Source: Cyanobacteria bacterium P01_A01_bin.123
GTDB lineage: Bacteria > Cyanobacteriota > Cyanobacteriia > Phormidesmidales > Phormidesmidaceae
NCBI GenBank assembly: GCA_039815185.1
Contig: JBCBZT010000038.1
Span: 15,327 to 79,326, forward strand
DNA length: 64,000 bases
Direction: 5' to 3'
Shown: piece by piece, positions 19,433 through 30,161 of the stretch
Position numbering within the stretch: position 1 is the stretch's first letter
How the letters are laid out: the number at the start of each line of letters is the position of its first letter
Translations under genes and position numbers: made by a program
The notes under the pieces: model-generated
The model's database searches: none
The model's input: the letters and a program-made list of their open reading frames with translations, nothing else
Told to the model about the DNA's origin: nothing

Positions 19433-22180
19433 GTGATAAACGGATCTCGGTGGCGATCGCGTTTAATAGCCGTAACGTTGGCAGTGGCGACATGGCTGTT
19501 GGTTACGGTGTCAGCCCAATCAACCCCTCCCTTCCATCAGGGAAGTCATTCTCTACCGCAGGCGGCTTTCAGCCATAATACCCGCCAAACTAAGCAGCAA
19601 GATTCAGGTAGTACGGTCTTACTTGAGGTTGAGGGCACTCTAGAAGCGGGCGATCTAACGCTTGAGAATGGCAGTCTCTATGACATCCATTCTTTTGAAG
19701 GAGAAGCCGGGCAAACCGTCACCATTCGGATGATCAGTGATGAGTTTGACACGTTTATCGGGTTGGTAGATTCCGCGAGGCAACCCATTGATGAAAACAA
19801 CGATACAACCGCCTCAGAGACGAACTCAACCCTGACGGTGTCGCTGCCTGAAGCAGGAACATATTTCATTATCGCCATCGCCTTTGATAACGCTGGACAA
19901 GGAAACTATCGATTAACCGTCTCAACGGCCAACCCCGCTGAAATTCAGGCACTAGAAGCGGATCGCCTCTTGAGTCAAGGCAATCAACACTATCGAGCTG
20001 GCCAGTTCCGAGCTGCGGTTGAATCTTGGCAGCAAGCGTTAGCGATTTATCAGACCCTTGGCGAAGCCTATGGCACGAGCAAAGCTCTACGCGGTGGGGA
20101 AGCGATCACGCTAGACAATTTGGGTCTTGCTTATTTTTCCCTAGGGCAATATCAGCAGGCGATTGAGTTCCATCAGCAAGCGTTAGAGATTGCTCGCGAA
20201 ATCGAGAATCCTCGACTGGAATCCATCACACTGGGCAACTTGGGACGGACTTACTTTTTTCTGGGGCAATATCAGCAGTCGCTGGAATTGCATCAGCAAG
20301 CGTTGGCGATTGTTCGCGAAATCGGCGACCTTGAAGGGGAAGCTGGCCTGCTAGGCAACTTGGGTAATGTCTATGATTATCTCGGCCAATATCAGCAGGC
20401 GATCGAGTTGCGTCAGCAAGCGTTAGTCCTTCAACGTGAACTCAGAAATCGCCGAGGAGAAGCCAATTCTCTGGGCAACTTGGGTACGGCTTACTATTCC
20501 TTGGGCCAATATCAGCGGGCGATTGAGTTCCATCAGCAAGCGTTAGAGATTGCTCGCGAAATCGGCGATCGCGGCGGGGAAGCCATTACCCTGGGTAACT
20601 TGGGCAATGCTTATGATTCCCTCGGCCAACATCAGCAGGCGATTGAGTTTCATCAGCAATCTTTGGCCATTAAACGGGAATTTGGTAATCGTCAGGGTGA
20701 GGCCATCTCTCTCAATAACCTAAGCGTATCGTTGATCAAAACCAATCAATTTTCTGAAGCTGAAATCACCCTGAAACAAGCGATTGAGACCTACGAATCA
20801 CTGCGTACTGACTTAAGCGATGCTCAACTCATTTCGATTGCTGATACCCAAGCAGCCGCCTACACCCTGCTAGAGCAGGTATTAATCACTCAAGGTAAAC
20901 CAGCCGAAGCCCTAGAAACCAGCGAACGGGCCCGCGCCCGCGCCTTCGTGCTGCAACTGGCGAGTCGTCTTTCAAACCGGGAAGAATCCGCTACCTTAGC
21001 TGAACCCGAGGCCACCCCGCCTCCCACGATTGCCGACATTCAGCAAATCGCCCGCGACCAAAACGCCACACTGGTCACCTATTCTCTGATTTTTGATCAA
21101 GCCCTTTATATCTGGGTCGTGCAACCGTCCGGCGAGATTGAGTTTCGCTTGGTTGAACTTGACGGGTCTGGCAGTCTCCCGAACCCGGTCGCCGCCATTG
21201 ATGGCCCAGTCTATCGGGGCAGTTCAGACCCGTCAGAACTCGACACCCTGGTTGCCGAAACGCGGGCCGGTATTGGTGTGGTTGAAGCAATCCCGACTGA
21301 ACGGCTCAAAGACCTGCATCAAGTCTTGATTGAGCCGATCGCCGATTTACTACCCAGCGATCCTGACGTTAACGTCGTTTTCGTGCCCCAAGGCAGCCTC
21401 TTTTTGGTGCCGTTTGCGGCCCTGCAAGATGCCGACGACACCTACCTGATCGAAAAACATACGGTATTGACTGCGCCATCCATCCAGGTTTTTGGATTGG
21501 CAGCAAGGGAGGAAGCCCAGGGGAGAAGTTCCGAATTTTCTGATGGGCTCGTCGTGGGTAATCCAGTCATGCCTCAGGCTTGGATTCCGGGTGATAACGG
21601 GTTAGAAGAACTCCAACTCGCCCCCCTACCTGGCGCCGAAGCCGAAGCCTTGGCGATTGGTGACTTCCTCAACATTTCGCCGTTGATTGGCGCGCAAGCC
21701 ACCGAAGCACAGATCAAACAGCAACTCCCGAGTGCTCCACTGATTCACCTGGCCACCCACGGTCTGCTTGAATATGGCAACCCCCAATCCTCGGGTGTGC
21801 TTGACGTACCCGGTGCCCTGGCCCTCACCTCCGGAGACGGCGAAGATGGGTTGCTCACTGCTGCTGAAATCCTTGACATGGATTTGCAAGCTCAGCTCGC
21901 CGTCCTCAGTGCTTGCGATACGGGGCGGGGGCGGATTACGGGAGATGGTGTGGTAGGACTGTCGCGATCGCTGATCACCGCTGGCGTGCCCAGCGTAATC
22001 GTATCGCTGTGGGCCGTACCCGATGCACCGACAGCCGCGTTGATGACGGCGTTTTATCGTCAGCTTCAGCAGGGGCAGAGTAAGGCTCAGGCTTTGCGGC
22101 AGGCAATGTTAGCGACTTTGAAGGATTCGCCGGAACCCATCAATTGGGCTGCGTTTACGTTAATGGGTGCGGTGGAGTAG
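19433..22180 (+). CDS. PPC-TPR-CHAT domain protein
   Basis: PPC-like N-domain, 40-aa TPR repeats, CHAT dyad HLATHG and LSACDT. Confidence 0.92.
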   Translation: MINGSRWRSRLIAVTLAVATWLLVTVSAQSTPPFHQGSHSLPQAAFSHNTRQTKQQDSGSTVLLEVEGTLEAGDLTLENGSLYDIHSFEGEAGQTVTIRMISDEFDTFIGLVDSARQPIDENNDTTASETNSTLTVSLPEAGTYFIIAIAFDNAGQGNYRLTVSTANPAEIQALEADRLLSQGNQHYRAGQFRAAVESWQQALAIYQTLGEAYGTSKALRGGEAITLDNLGLAYFSLGQYQQAIEFHQQALEIAREIENPRLESITLGNLGRTYFFLGQYQQSLELHQQALAIVREIGDLEGEAGLLGNLGNVYDYLGQYQQAIELRQQALVLQRELRNRRGEANSLGNLGTAYYSLGQYQRAIEFHQQALEIAREIGDRGGEAITLGNLGNAYDSLGQHQQAIEFHQQSLAIKREFGNRQGEAISLNNLSVSLIKTNQFSEAEITLKQAIETYESLRTDLSDAQLISIADTQAAAYTLLEQVLITQGKPAEALETSERARARAFVLQLASRLSNREESATLAEPEATPPPTIADIQQIARDQNATLVTYSLIFDQALYIWVVQPSGEIEFRLVELDGSGSLPNPVAAIDGPVYRGSSDPSELDTLVAETRAGIGVVEAIPTERLKDLHQVLIEPIADLLPSDPDVNVVFVPQGSLFLVPFAALQDADDTYLIEKHTVLTAPSIQVFGLAAREEAQGRSSEFSDGLVVGNPVMPQAWIPGDNGLEELQLAPLPGAEAEALAIGDFLNISPLIGAQATEAQIKQQLPSAPLIHLATHGLLEYGNPQSSGVLDVPGALALTSGDGEDGLLTAAEILDMDLQAQLAVLSACDTGRGRITGDGVVGLSRSLITAGVPSVIVSLWAVPDAPTAALMTAFYRQLQQGQSKAQALRQAMLATLKDSPEPINWAAFTLMGAVE

Positions 22181-22232
22181 TCCGCTTAGCTAACATATTT
22201 TGAGCTCCCTCAAGGGGGATAGGCTCTAAGGC

Positions 22233-22730
22233 TCACTGGTTTGCTTGCCAGAACTGCTGATGAACAGCAGCAATTTCTGACTCGACTTCGGTGATGGGGC
22301 CCCAGACCGCGATCGCTTTTTGTCCCCGTTTGAACACCTCTCGACAGGGCAGATCTAGGGTGGGGTTTTCAGGGTGGTTGCCCGTTAGCGCCAGCAGTCG
22401 CGCTTCTGAAAGACCATAGGCTAACCGTCCGATGTTGCCCCAATACTGAGTCGCGGCACACATGGCACAGGGTTCAACTGTGGTGTAAAGCGTGCAGTTC
22501 CACAGGTAGTCTGGGCTAAAGTTGGTCACGGCGGTGCGCACCAGTACCGACTCAGCGTGGTTGACCGTATCCACATTGCCTTGACTCAACAACACTGTTT
22601 CATGATCGGGGGCAACGAGAATCGCCCCGAACGGATGGTGCCCAAAAGACTCCGCCCGCTTCGCAATCCGGTTGGCCTGCCGCAGGTGATGCACAACTTG
22701 GGACGAGGTGGGATCGGGGTTTGAAAACAT
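22233..22730 (-). CDS. Nucleoside/nucleobase deaminase (CDA fold)
   Basis: HPFGA, HAE, EPCAMC zinc motifs. Confidence 0.85.
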   Translation of the reverse strand: MFSNPDPTSSQVVHHLRQANRIAKRAESFGHHPFGAILVAPDHETVLLSQGNVDTVNHAESVLVRTAVTNFSPDYLWNCTLYTTVEPCAMCAATQYWGNIGRLAYGLSEARLLALTGNHPENPTLDLPCREVFKRGQKAIAVWGPITEVESEIAAVHQQFWQANQ

Positions 22731-22893
22731 ATCTGGGTGTGGCAATTGACTATTGAGTTTAGTCACAGCAATGGATAGATGGATTGGCTGGTCTCTCAAG
22801 GGGTTCAGTAAATTTAATCACTGAATTGGGGAACAGACTTCATCTACCGTAATGAATATGATAGAAAGCTTAAATTTTAAGGCTCATTGACCT

Positions 22894-23976
22894 ATGGCGA
22901 ACCCCTTCACCCGACGCCGATTTTTGGGATACATGACAGCTTCTGCTGTCGGGAGTCTCTTCTTAAAGGCGTGTACGTCTAGCCCCACTCAAGATACCGC
23001 AACTGATTCTGACGCTGAGGATGCCACCGCCACCGACAGCACGGCAGCACCAGAGACTAGCATTGCCATTGTGCTCCCCGGCACGATCACCGATGGCGGT
23101 TGGAATCAGCTGGGCTACGAGGGCGTTAAGCGAGCGGGTGAGCAACTGGGGATTGAAGTGGCCTACGTGGAACAGGTGGCCAACGCCGACCAAACCGAGT
23201 CTCTGGCTGACTTTGCTCGTCAAGGCTACTCCTTAGTGGTGGGTCACGGGGGGCAGTTTGATGCGGCCATCGAGCAAGTCGCGGCTGAGTTTCCAGATAC
23301 CTTCTTTTTGGGTGTGAATGGCGACATCGCAGGCCCCAACTACGCCTGTGTCCGCACCAACTATAACCAGATGCTCTACCTGAGCGGCATGATGGGGGCA
23401 TCCATGAGCCAAACAAAGAAGCTAGCCTATCTTGCGGGGATGGAATTTAAGTCAACCCAGCAGCAAGGGGTGGCGATGGATTTGGGGGCAAAGGCTATAG
23501 ATCCGAGTGCTGAGGTTGTATCGAGTTTTGTGGGTGACTTCAACGATATTGCCAAGGCAAAAGAGTCAGCGTTAGCGTTAATTGCCAGCGGGGTTGATGT
23601 CATTTTCCATAATCTAGATAATTCTGCGCCAGCAGTGCTGCAAGCCTGCCAAGAGGCGGGTATCTATGCCTTTGGCAACAATGTTGACCAGATGGAACTG
23701 GCTCCTGAAGCGGTTTTGACCAGCGCACTGCAAGACATTGGTGGTGCGATTACGATGGTGGCTGAACTGGCCGGCAAGGGTGAGATTGAAGGCAAGCGCT
23801 ACGTAATTGGCCTAGAAACGCCAGAACTGGTCAGCTTTGGCACATTCAACGAAGTAGTACCGCAAGAGCTGCGAGACCAAGTCGATGCCGTGGCCGCAGA
23901 TATGGTAGCAGGCAAGCTCACTTTTGAGGATGTTGAGGAAGATGGGAAGGCTTCCGTACGCCTTGTGAGTTCATGA
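22894..23976 (+). CDS. BMP family ABC substrate-binding lipoprotein
   Basis: Tat-like RRRFL, lipobox LKAC, DGGWNQLGYEG. Confidence 0.88.
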   Translation: MANPFTRRRFLGYMTASAVGSLFLKACTSSPTQDTATDSDAEDATATDSTAAPETSIAIVLPGTITDGGWNQLGYEGVKRAGEQLGIEVAYVEQVANADQTESLADFARQGYSLVVGHGGQFDAAIEQVAAEFPDTFFLGVNGDIAGPNYACVRTNYNQMLYLSGMMGASMSQTKKLAYLAGMEFKSTQQQGVAMDLGAKAIDPSAEVVSSFVGDFNDIAKAKESALALIASGVDVIFHNLDNSAPAVLQACQEAGIYAFGNNVDQMELAPEAVLTSALQDIGGAITMVAELAGKGEIEGKRYVIGLETPELVSFGTFNEVVPQELRDQVDAVAADMVAGKLTFEDVEEDGKASVRLVSS

Positions 23977-25481
23977 GCGATCTGCGCTTGGCCAAGATTA
24001 CCAAGCGATTTGGCAACTTCACGGCGAATGACCAGATCAGCCTGAGCGTCCGCGCGGGTACCATCCACGGGCTGCTGGGGGAAAACGGCGCGGGTAAATC
24101 GACGCTGATGAATATCCTCTCGGGGCTATACCAGCCTGATGGGGGTCAGATTTTTCTGGATGAGCGCCCGGTGCAAATCCACACCCCGGCGGATGCCATT
24201 CGCTATGGCATTGGCATGATTCATCAGCACTTTATGCTCGTGCCCCAGCTCACGGTGACCGAAAATATCATCTTGGGCAGTGCTGGCGGGTTGCGACTCG
24301 ATTTGCGATCGCGTTCTGAAACCATTGCGCAACTGGGCAAAACCTACGGCTTAGAAGTGCCCCCCATGGCTCGGGTGGAAGATCTACCCGTGGGCATCCA
24401 GCAGCGAGTTGAAATTCTCAAAGTCCTCTATCGGCAGGCCCAAATCCTGATCTTGGATGAACCCACGGCAGTGCTCACGCCTGCTGAAATTACAGGTTTC
24501 CTAGACGTGTTGCGGCAGCTTGCCAGTCGTCACCATACGATTATTTTTATCAGCCACAAGCTAGATGAAGTGATGGCGGTTTGCGATCAGGTCACCATCC
24601 TGCGGCGTGGGCGGGTTGTGGCGTCTCTATCCACGGCAGAGACCAGTCGTGCGGAACTGGCTCGATTAATGGTCGATCGAGATGTTGAAATTAACACCCG
24701 TCCGACCCCACAACCAGTGGGGGATGTAGTGCTCGACATCCAAAATTTGTGGGTCAATACCGAACGGCAAGTGGCGGCGTTACAGGGGCTATCGCTGCAG
24801 GTACGAGCTGGCGAGATCTTTGGCATTGCCGGGGTGGATGGGAACGGTCAGCGAGAACTTGCCGATGCGATCGCCGGACTGTTATCCCCACAACAAGGGT
24901 CAATTCAGGTGCTCACGACCACAATCTTAGAAACGAAAAACACCGCCCCAGGCCAAATCGCCTACATCCCCGAAGATCGGCAAAAACAGGGATTGGTGCT
25001 GAGCTTTTCCATCGCCCGCAATCTGATTCTCAAGGCATTTGCCCGACTGCCGTTTTGTCGGCGCTGGCTCCTCCAGTCTGGGATGATCAGCGCCAATGCA
25101 GAGGCAGCCATTAAAGACTTTGACATCCGGGCCACCAGTAGCCAGCTCAAAGTTAGCCAGCTTTCTGGCGGCAATCAGCAAAAGGTAATTTTGGCCCGAG
25201 AACTGGCGGGTGAACCGGATTTAATTATCGCCATGCAGCCCACCCGAGGGCTGGATATTGGGGCTACCGCAGCGGTACAGCAAAGTTTGCTCACCCAGCG
25301 ATCGCGGGGAGCCGCCATCTTATATATCTCCACAGAGCTAGAAGAAGTAATGGCCATGAGCGATCGCCTCGCTGTGATTTACCGGGGGCAACTGGTCGAT
25401 GTCCTTGATGCCAGCACCGCCACCGTTGAACAAGTGGGCCTACTGATGGCAGGCGGTCAGGTAACCTTAGAGGCTGTATGA
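23973..25481 (+). CDS. Nucleoside/sugar ABC ATP-binding protein (two ABC domains)
   Basis: GENGAGKST, ILDEPT, LSGGNQQK, QPTRGLD. Confidence 0.92.
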   Translation: MSDLRLAKITKRFGNFTANDQISLSVRAGTIHGLLGENGAGKSTLMNILSGLYQPDGGQIFLDERPVQIHTPADAIRYGIGMIHQHFMLVPQLTVTENIILGSAGGLRLDLRSRSETIAQLGKTYGLEVPPMARVEDLPVGIQQRVEILKVLYRQAQILILDEPTAVLTPAEITGFLDVLRQLASRHHTIIFISHKLDEVMAVCDQVTILRRGRVVASLSTAETSRAELARLMVDRDVEINTRPTPQPVGDVVLDIQNLWVNTERQVAALQGLSLQVRAGEIFGIAGVDGNGQRELADAIAGLLSPQQGSIQVLTTTILETKNTAPGQIAYIPEDRQKQGLVLSFSIARNLILKAFARLPFCRRWLLQSGMISANAEAAIKDFDIRATSSQLKVSQLSGGNQQKVILARELAGEPDLIIAMQPTRGLDIGATAAVQQSLLTQRSRGAAILYISTELEEVMAMSDRLAVIYRGQLVDVLDASTATVEQVGLLMAGGQVTLEAV

Positions 25482-25504
25482 GAAGTAGCTAATGTGCTGC
25501 ATTC

Positions 25505-25620
25505 GCCCCCTTTTCATATGTGCCCGGAGGGCTTTAAGCCCCCTTCCTGGTATGCCCGGAGGGCTATATTCTGGGGACTTTGAACTTCAGAACCCCCCAG
25601 AATTGGGGGGCAGGGGGGCG
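25505..25620. repeat. Intergenic short dispersed repeats
   Basis: Two copies of GCCCCCTT...TGCCCGGAGGGCT plus CCCCCCAGAATTGGGGGG hairpin. Confidence 0.7.
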
Positions 25621-25667
25621 GCTCAAATAACCCTCAATACCTTTAAAGCAATCTCTGAGGAGCCCCT

Positions 25668-26726
25668 GTGAGTCTATCCGGTCTTAATCGTCACAGTTCG
25701 CTTCAAGCTGGGTTACGCGCTGCCCTGCCGCCGATGATTGCTGTGTTAGCCGCCCTGCTGGTGGGGGCTTTGCTAATGTTGCTGGCCGGGGCCAACCCGA
25801 TTGCCGCCTATGGAGCCCTGTTGCGCCAAGCGCTGACCACCTACTTTGGGTTTGCCGATACCCTCACCAAAACCACACCCCTGCTACTCGTTAGCCTGGG
25901 CGTTTTAGTGGCCCTGCGGGCTGGGCAATTCAACCTGGGGGGGGAAGGTCAAATTTATATGGGGGGCTTGGGCAGTTTGCTGGTGGGGCTAGCGTTGCCC
26001 AATTTGCCGCTGGTGTTGCACCTACCCCTGGCCCTGCTGGGCGGCTTTGGTCTGGGAGCCGCTTGGGGAGCCGTAGCGGGCTACTTAAAAGTGGCCCGTG
26101 GCCTGAATGAAGTGTTGACCACCCTACTGTTGAACTACATTGCCCAAAACCTAATTAGCTATCTGGTCAACGGCCCCTTGAAAGCCGCCAATGCTCCCAG
26201 CCCCTTCTCAGAACTAGTCGCCGAATCTGCGCGCCTCCCTGCCATTTTGCCCAATACCCAAGCCCACGCCGGTATTTTTCTAGGACTCGCCCTCGCGATT
26301 TTGCTCACCCTTGCCTTTGCCGCCACCGCCTGGGGATATCGGGTGGATGCTGTGGGTCAAAACCCCACCGCCGCCCGCTATGCCGGGATTTCCGTTAACC
26401 GCACCATCCTCAGTGTGATGGCCATATCGGGTGGCCTGGCCGGATTGGCCGGCAGCAGCGAAGTTTTAGGGCTAAAGCACCGCCTGTTTGAAGATTTTTC
26501 ACCGGGGTATGGGTTTGATGCAGTCGCGATCGCGCTGCTCAGTCGTGGCAACCCAGCCGTTGTCATCCTCACCGCCTTCTTCTTCGGCGTCTTGCGCAGC
26601 GGCGCTAACGTCATGCAGCGCAGCGCCTCAGTCCCCGTGTCGATCATCTACGCCATTCAGGGGCTGACCGTGTTGTTTGTGGCGATCAGTCTAGCGTTGG
26701 AATATCGGCAGAAGGAACGCGATTAA
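25668..26726 (+). CDS. Nucleoside ABC permease
   Basis: FNLGGEGQ, AARYAGI, GYGFDAVAIALL. Confidence 0.9.
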   Translation: MSLSGLNRHSSLQAGLRAALPPMIAVLAALLVGALLMLLAGANPIAAYGALLRQALTTYFGFADTLTKTTPLLLVSLGVLVALRAGQFNLGGEGQIYMGGLGSLLVGLALPNLPLVLHLPLALLGGFGLGAAWGAVAGYLKVARGLNEVLTTLLLNYIAQNLISYLVNGPLKAANAPSPFSELVAESARLPAILPNTQAHAGIFLGLALAILLTLAFAATAWGYRVDAVGQNPTAARYAGISVNRTILSVMAISGGLAGLAGSSEVLGLKHRLFEDFSPGYGFDAVAIALLSRGNPAVVILTAFFFGVLRSGANVMQRSASVPVSIIYAIQGLTVLFVAISLALEYRQKERD

Positions 26727-26773
26727 TCGCGTTCCTTCTGCCTCAGTTGATTCTTCCCCTAACCCCACTCCCC

Positions 26774-27700
26774 ATGCCTCCCATCGACTTCCTCACCGAC
26801 TTCCTCGCCGCTTGCCTCCGCCTCACGGTTCCCCTTGCCTTCGCCGCCCTCGGCGGTCTGATCTCAGAACGTTCTGGGGTGTTGAACATTGGCCTAGAGG
26901 GCATGATCTTGACTGGGGCGTTTGCCAGTGCAGCCGTTGCTTTGGGAACTGGGCAGGTTTGGTTGGCAGTGGGAATTGCCTTTGGAGCGGGTGCGCTGGT
27001 GGGGTGGGTGCATGCCTATCTTTGTGTCAGTTTGGGCGTTAACCAGTTGGTGTCGGGGTTGGCGATTAATCTAGCGGCAGCGGGGCTGACGACCTATGGG
27101 GCGAGGCTACTGTTTGAAACTGGCACTGTGGAACTACCTGGTATCGGGGCCCTGGGTGTTCCCGGCTTAAAGGCTTTGCCCGTGCTAGGGGTGATTTTCA
27201 ATCAAGATCCGCTGTTTTATTTGTTGGTGGTGTTGATTCCGCTGAGTACCTACGGGTTGTTTCACACCCGTTGGGGGCTGTCGCTGCGGGCAGTGGGGAA
27301 TGTACCCCAAGCGGCAGATACGGCGGGGGTATCGGTAAGTCGGGTGCGTTATCTTAGCGTGATGTTGTGTGGTGGGTTGTGTGGTTTGGCGGGGGCGTAT
27401 TTGGCACTAGTTCATGTGCGCTTCTTTACAGAAGGCATGAGTGCGGGCAAAGGGTTTATTGCCCTGGCGGCCTTGATTTTTGGGCGATGGCATCCGGTGG
27501 CGACGTTGTTTGCCTGCTTGCTGTTTGGGGCGACGGAGGCGCTGCAGTTGCGGATTCAAGCCTTCGGCTTGGAGATTCCCTATCAGTTTTTAGCCATGCT
27601 GCCTTACGTGACGGCACTGCTGGCGTTGGCGGGTATTGCGGGCAAAGCAGTACCCCCTGCAGCGTTGGGGGTTCCGTATTCGAAAGAAAAACGATCTTAA
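26774..27700 (+). CDS. Nucleoside ABC permease
   Basis: ERSGVLNIGLEG, GKGFIALAALIFGRW, PAALGVPY. Confidence 0.9.
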   Translation: MPPIDFLTDFLAACLRLTVPLAFAALGGLISERSGVLNIGLEGMILTGAFASAAVALGTGQVWLAVGIAFGAGALVGWVHAYLCVSLGVNQLVSGLAINLAAAGLTTYGARLLFETGTVELPGIGALGVPGLKALPVLGVIFNQDPLFYLLVVLIPLSTYGLFHTRWGLSLRAVGNVPQAADTAGVSVSRVRYLSVMLCGGLCGLAGAYLALVHVRFFTEGMSAGKGFIALAALIFGRWHPVATLFACLLFGATEALQLRIQAFGLEIPYQFLAMLPYVTALLALAGIAGKAVPPAALGVPYSKEKRS

Positions 27701-27745
27701 TCGTTAAAATAGAATCAAATTTTTCAAATCATCTTTAAGCCAGTT

Positions 27746-27982
27746 ATGACGACTTTGCCGCTGACCGAACCCATCACCTTGGCCATTCCGCCAATGTCTC
27801 GGGCTGCTGTGGATGAACTTTATCACTTTTTGCAATATTTGCAGTTCAAACATCAATCTGATTTAGAGGACGCGATTGAGGCACTGGAAGATGAGATAGA
27901 CAGTTTCGATGCAGACGTTTCCTTACAAGAGTCGGGAGAAATCTCGTTGGTAGATCTTAAGCAAGAGATTGGTTTAGGATGA
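27746..27982 (+). CDS. Putative antitoxin
   Basis: Small acidic ORF overlapping the relE-like start (ATGA); ISLVDLKQEIGL tail. Confidence 0.7.
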   Translation: MTTLPLTEPITLAIPPMSRAAVDELYHFLQYLQFKHQSDLEDAIEALEDEIDSFDADVSLQESGEISLVDLKQEIGLG

Positions 27983-28239
27983 CCTATCAAGTTGTCTTTA
28001 AGCCCGCAGCGCAACGACAACTGAAAAAGCTTACACCAGTTGTTCAGAAAAGATTAATCGAGTTAATCGAAAGTTTGACAGACGAACCTAGGCCACCGAA
28101 TTGCAAAAAACTTAAAGGGCGGCTAGACCAATATCGTTTGCGCTCTGGCGATTACCGCATCATTTACAGCATTAATGATACAACTCTGATTGTGAAGGTG
28201 ATTAAGCTTGGGCATCGTCGAGATATCTATGAAGAATAG
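27979..28239 (+). CDS. RelE/ParE family toxin
   Basis: PRP.NCKKLKG, YRLRSGDYRIIY, GHRRDIY. Confidence 0.9.
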   Translation: MTYQVVFKPAAQRQLKKLTPVVQKRLIELIESLTDEPRPPNCKKLKGRLDQYRLRSGDYRIIYSINDTTLIVKVIKLGHRRDIYEE

Positions 28240-28339
28240 GTTTACAGTTTCACGTGTGGCTAGAGTAGGCGCTTGTGCACTCTAGCGCCATCGACGAATG
28301 GCTCTAAACAACGGGTTGACTTGCTGCCTGTTCTTGAAA

Positions 28340-28732
28340 CTAGTAGCCATCACTTTGGATTATTCCATCATCGAGTTCGTAATAATCTCCCTTCTCCCCG
28401 ACAAAAGTGTGCTTCGCTAGCTTACGCCCGGTGGATTGATCAAATAAACCCATGGCAATGCTAATCCATTCGTAGCCCTCGATATCGGGTCTCCAAAACA
28501 GCGTAGAACCGCAGACGGCACAAAAACCACGCTCCACTTTGTCGGATGAACGGTACCAGCGAACGCTATCTTTGCCCTCGACAGATAGGGCTGTTTTGCG
28601 TATGTTAACTGCGGTTAAGAAGCTACCCGTCTGTTTCCTGCACTGTACACAGTGACAAGCTTCAGGATCGTGCTCTAGTTGGCCCTTAACTGAGATTTGG
28701 ACTGTTCCGCAGAGGCAGCTTCCGGACAGCAT
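28340..28732 (-). CDS. GFA family protein
   Basis: GSCLCG, CHCVQCRK, RGFCAVCGS. Confidence 0.9.
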   Translation of the reverse strand: MLSGSCLCGTVQISVKGQLEHDPEACHCVQCRKQTGSFLTAVNIRKTALSVEGKDSVRWYRSSDKVERGFCAVCGSTLFWRPDIEGYEWISIAMGLFDQSTGRKLAKHTFVGEKGDYYELDDGIIQSDGY

Positions 28733-28846
28733 CGTTGATTACCCTATGTATATCTTGGCTTGACATTTAAGGTTTCGCTTCACCAACCGCTAGTCATCTT
28801 TCTCTCTTAGCTAAAAACTCAATAAGGTCGGCGGGTAGGTAGTGTA

Positions 28847-29443
28847 TTACACTACATCCTTCACATGTTTCAGCTCTTGATCGCTGAGCACTGTTGGGCC
28901 GACTATGGGAGCACCAGATTCCACAAGAAAGAATGGCGTTTGTTTGTAGCTGCCATCGATGCGAGCTTTCAGCATCATGCCAATGATACGTAAATTGCCA
29001 GATAGAACGCCTGCCGATTTTGGCTTATCTTCCCCAATCGCAGATTCGACATTGACATGCACACGGGCGGAACCAAATGCACTGTCTAACGAATTTTGAT
29101 CTGAACTCAAGCAATTATGAATTAAACCCACAAAGGATATGTTGAGGTTTGGCGGCGTATTGCCGATCGGGGTATTACAACAGGCTGCATACCATCGCAG
29201 CAAACCATTCTCAGTCAGACGCATACAGCTTAGGTTTTCAATACCTGCGGTAAATGTGATATTTGAGGGAGTAGTCTGAATGATGTCAGTTCCCCCGCTT
29301 TCATCGAGTATTTCGTTTTCTTTTTTTAGAAAACGGGCGAAGGCTTGGCAATCAGGACAGTAGCACACACATCTATTCACATGGGCGTTGCTGTTGATTG
29401 TGCCCTTGAGTTGGCCGCAATCGCACTGAATTGAGTGGGGCAT
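28847..29443 (-). CDS. DUF6151-like (GFA-related) protein
   Basis: CDCG, CVCYCPDCQ, LLRWYAACCNTPIGN. Confidence 0.75.
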   Translation of the reverse strand: MPHSIQCDCGQLKGTINSNAHVNRCVCYCPDCQAFARFLKKENEILDESGGTDIIQTTPSNITFTAGIENLSCMRLTENGLLRWYAACCNTPIGNTPPNLNISFVGLIHNCLSSDQNSLDSAFGSARVHVNVESAIGEDKPKSAGVLSGNLRIIGMMLKARIDGSYKQTPFFLVESGAPIVGPTVLSDQELKHVKDVV

Positions 29444-29519
29444 AGTGTTTGCTCCTCTTCCAGAAGAACTCATTGTCTGTGCAGTATATTAGCCATATTG
29501 TTAAAGTTTTCGGTTGACG

Positions 29520-29587
29520 TTCTGCCAGGTAAGTGTTGAAATTTAACAGCTCTCGTGTCGGCTGTCGGGTACATGCCGTTGTTGGGC
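29520..29587 (-). other. Truncated attC-like site
   Basis: Minus strand GCCCAAC-AACGGCATGTACCCGAC (R''/L'' arm), complementary to the cassette start GTTGGGC; right arm not found. Confidence 0.55.
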
Positions 29588-29605
29588 CTGCCTGATAGAA
29601 ACAAT

Positions 29606-30049
29606 CTAGCGACGCTCCATCCTGGCTAGCAGGATAATAGCCCGTGAGTTAGCAGGCGGCCTCTTCTCACAATGGCGAGAAGGGTTGGCTGCCCCGACCC
29701 CGCTGACCTCTAAGACTCGCTCCGGACGGGGCGCGTCGGCGGGGAGCCCCCAGCGGCCGCCTCCGCCTTCGCTGGTGAACCCGGCATCGCCCAACTTCCG
29801 CCGGTAGTAAGCCACGAGCTGAGCTGGTCTGGCGAGTGAGGCGAAGGCATCCCAAGTGATTTCCTCACCCGAAGAGCCTTGCACGCGTTCCCGGCATAGA
29901 TGTGTCAGGTTAGGGTGGCTGGGGAACTGATAGAATTGAAAGATCGATTCATGTGAGTTGGAGTTATCGCCTGTTGCCTGTTGAGGGGCATGACCCGCCA
30001 GCCCTGCGACTGAAATAATAATGAATAGTAGTATCAAGAATCTCATCAC
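29606..30049 (-). CDS. Hypothetical secreted protein (gene cassette)
   Basis: RBS AGGAG upstream, signal peptide, locally high GC, bounded by GTTGGGC and GCCCAAC. Confidence 0.6.
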   Translation of the reverse strand: MMRFLILLFIIISVAGLAGHAPQQATGDNSNSHESIFQFYQFPSHPNLTHLCRERVQGSSGEEITWDAFASLARPAQLVAYYRRKLGDAGFTSEGGGGRWGLPADAPRPERVLEVSGVGAANPSRHCEKRPPANSRAIILLARMERR

Positions 30050-30074
30050 GCCTCATCTCCTTTCATGCGTAGTC

Positions 30075-30161
30075 GCCCAACGGTCGCGCTCACCGGACGC
30101 AGATAGCCTTCTAAACCGACCAACCAACTTGATACGTTCCAGTGCAGCGCGATTGTTAGGC
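30075..30161 (-). other. Integron attC recombination site
   Basis: Minus strand GCCTAAC AA TCGCGCT-G-CACTGGA ... TCCGGTG-AGCGCGA CC GTTGGGC; one extrahelical base; peptidase stop overlaps R''. Confidence 0.8.

Noticed and set aside
20100..20720. 120-bp periodic repeats resembling an array
   Set aside because: In-frame TPR coding repeats of the CHAT protein, not CRISPR.
25505..25565. Two direct repeats as a mini-CRISPR
   Set aside because: Only two adjacent copies, no spacers, no cas genes.
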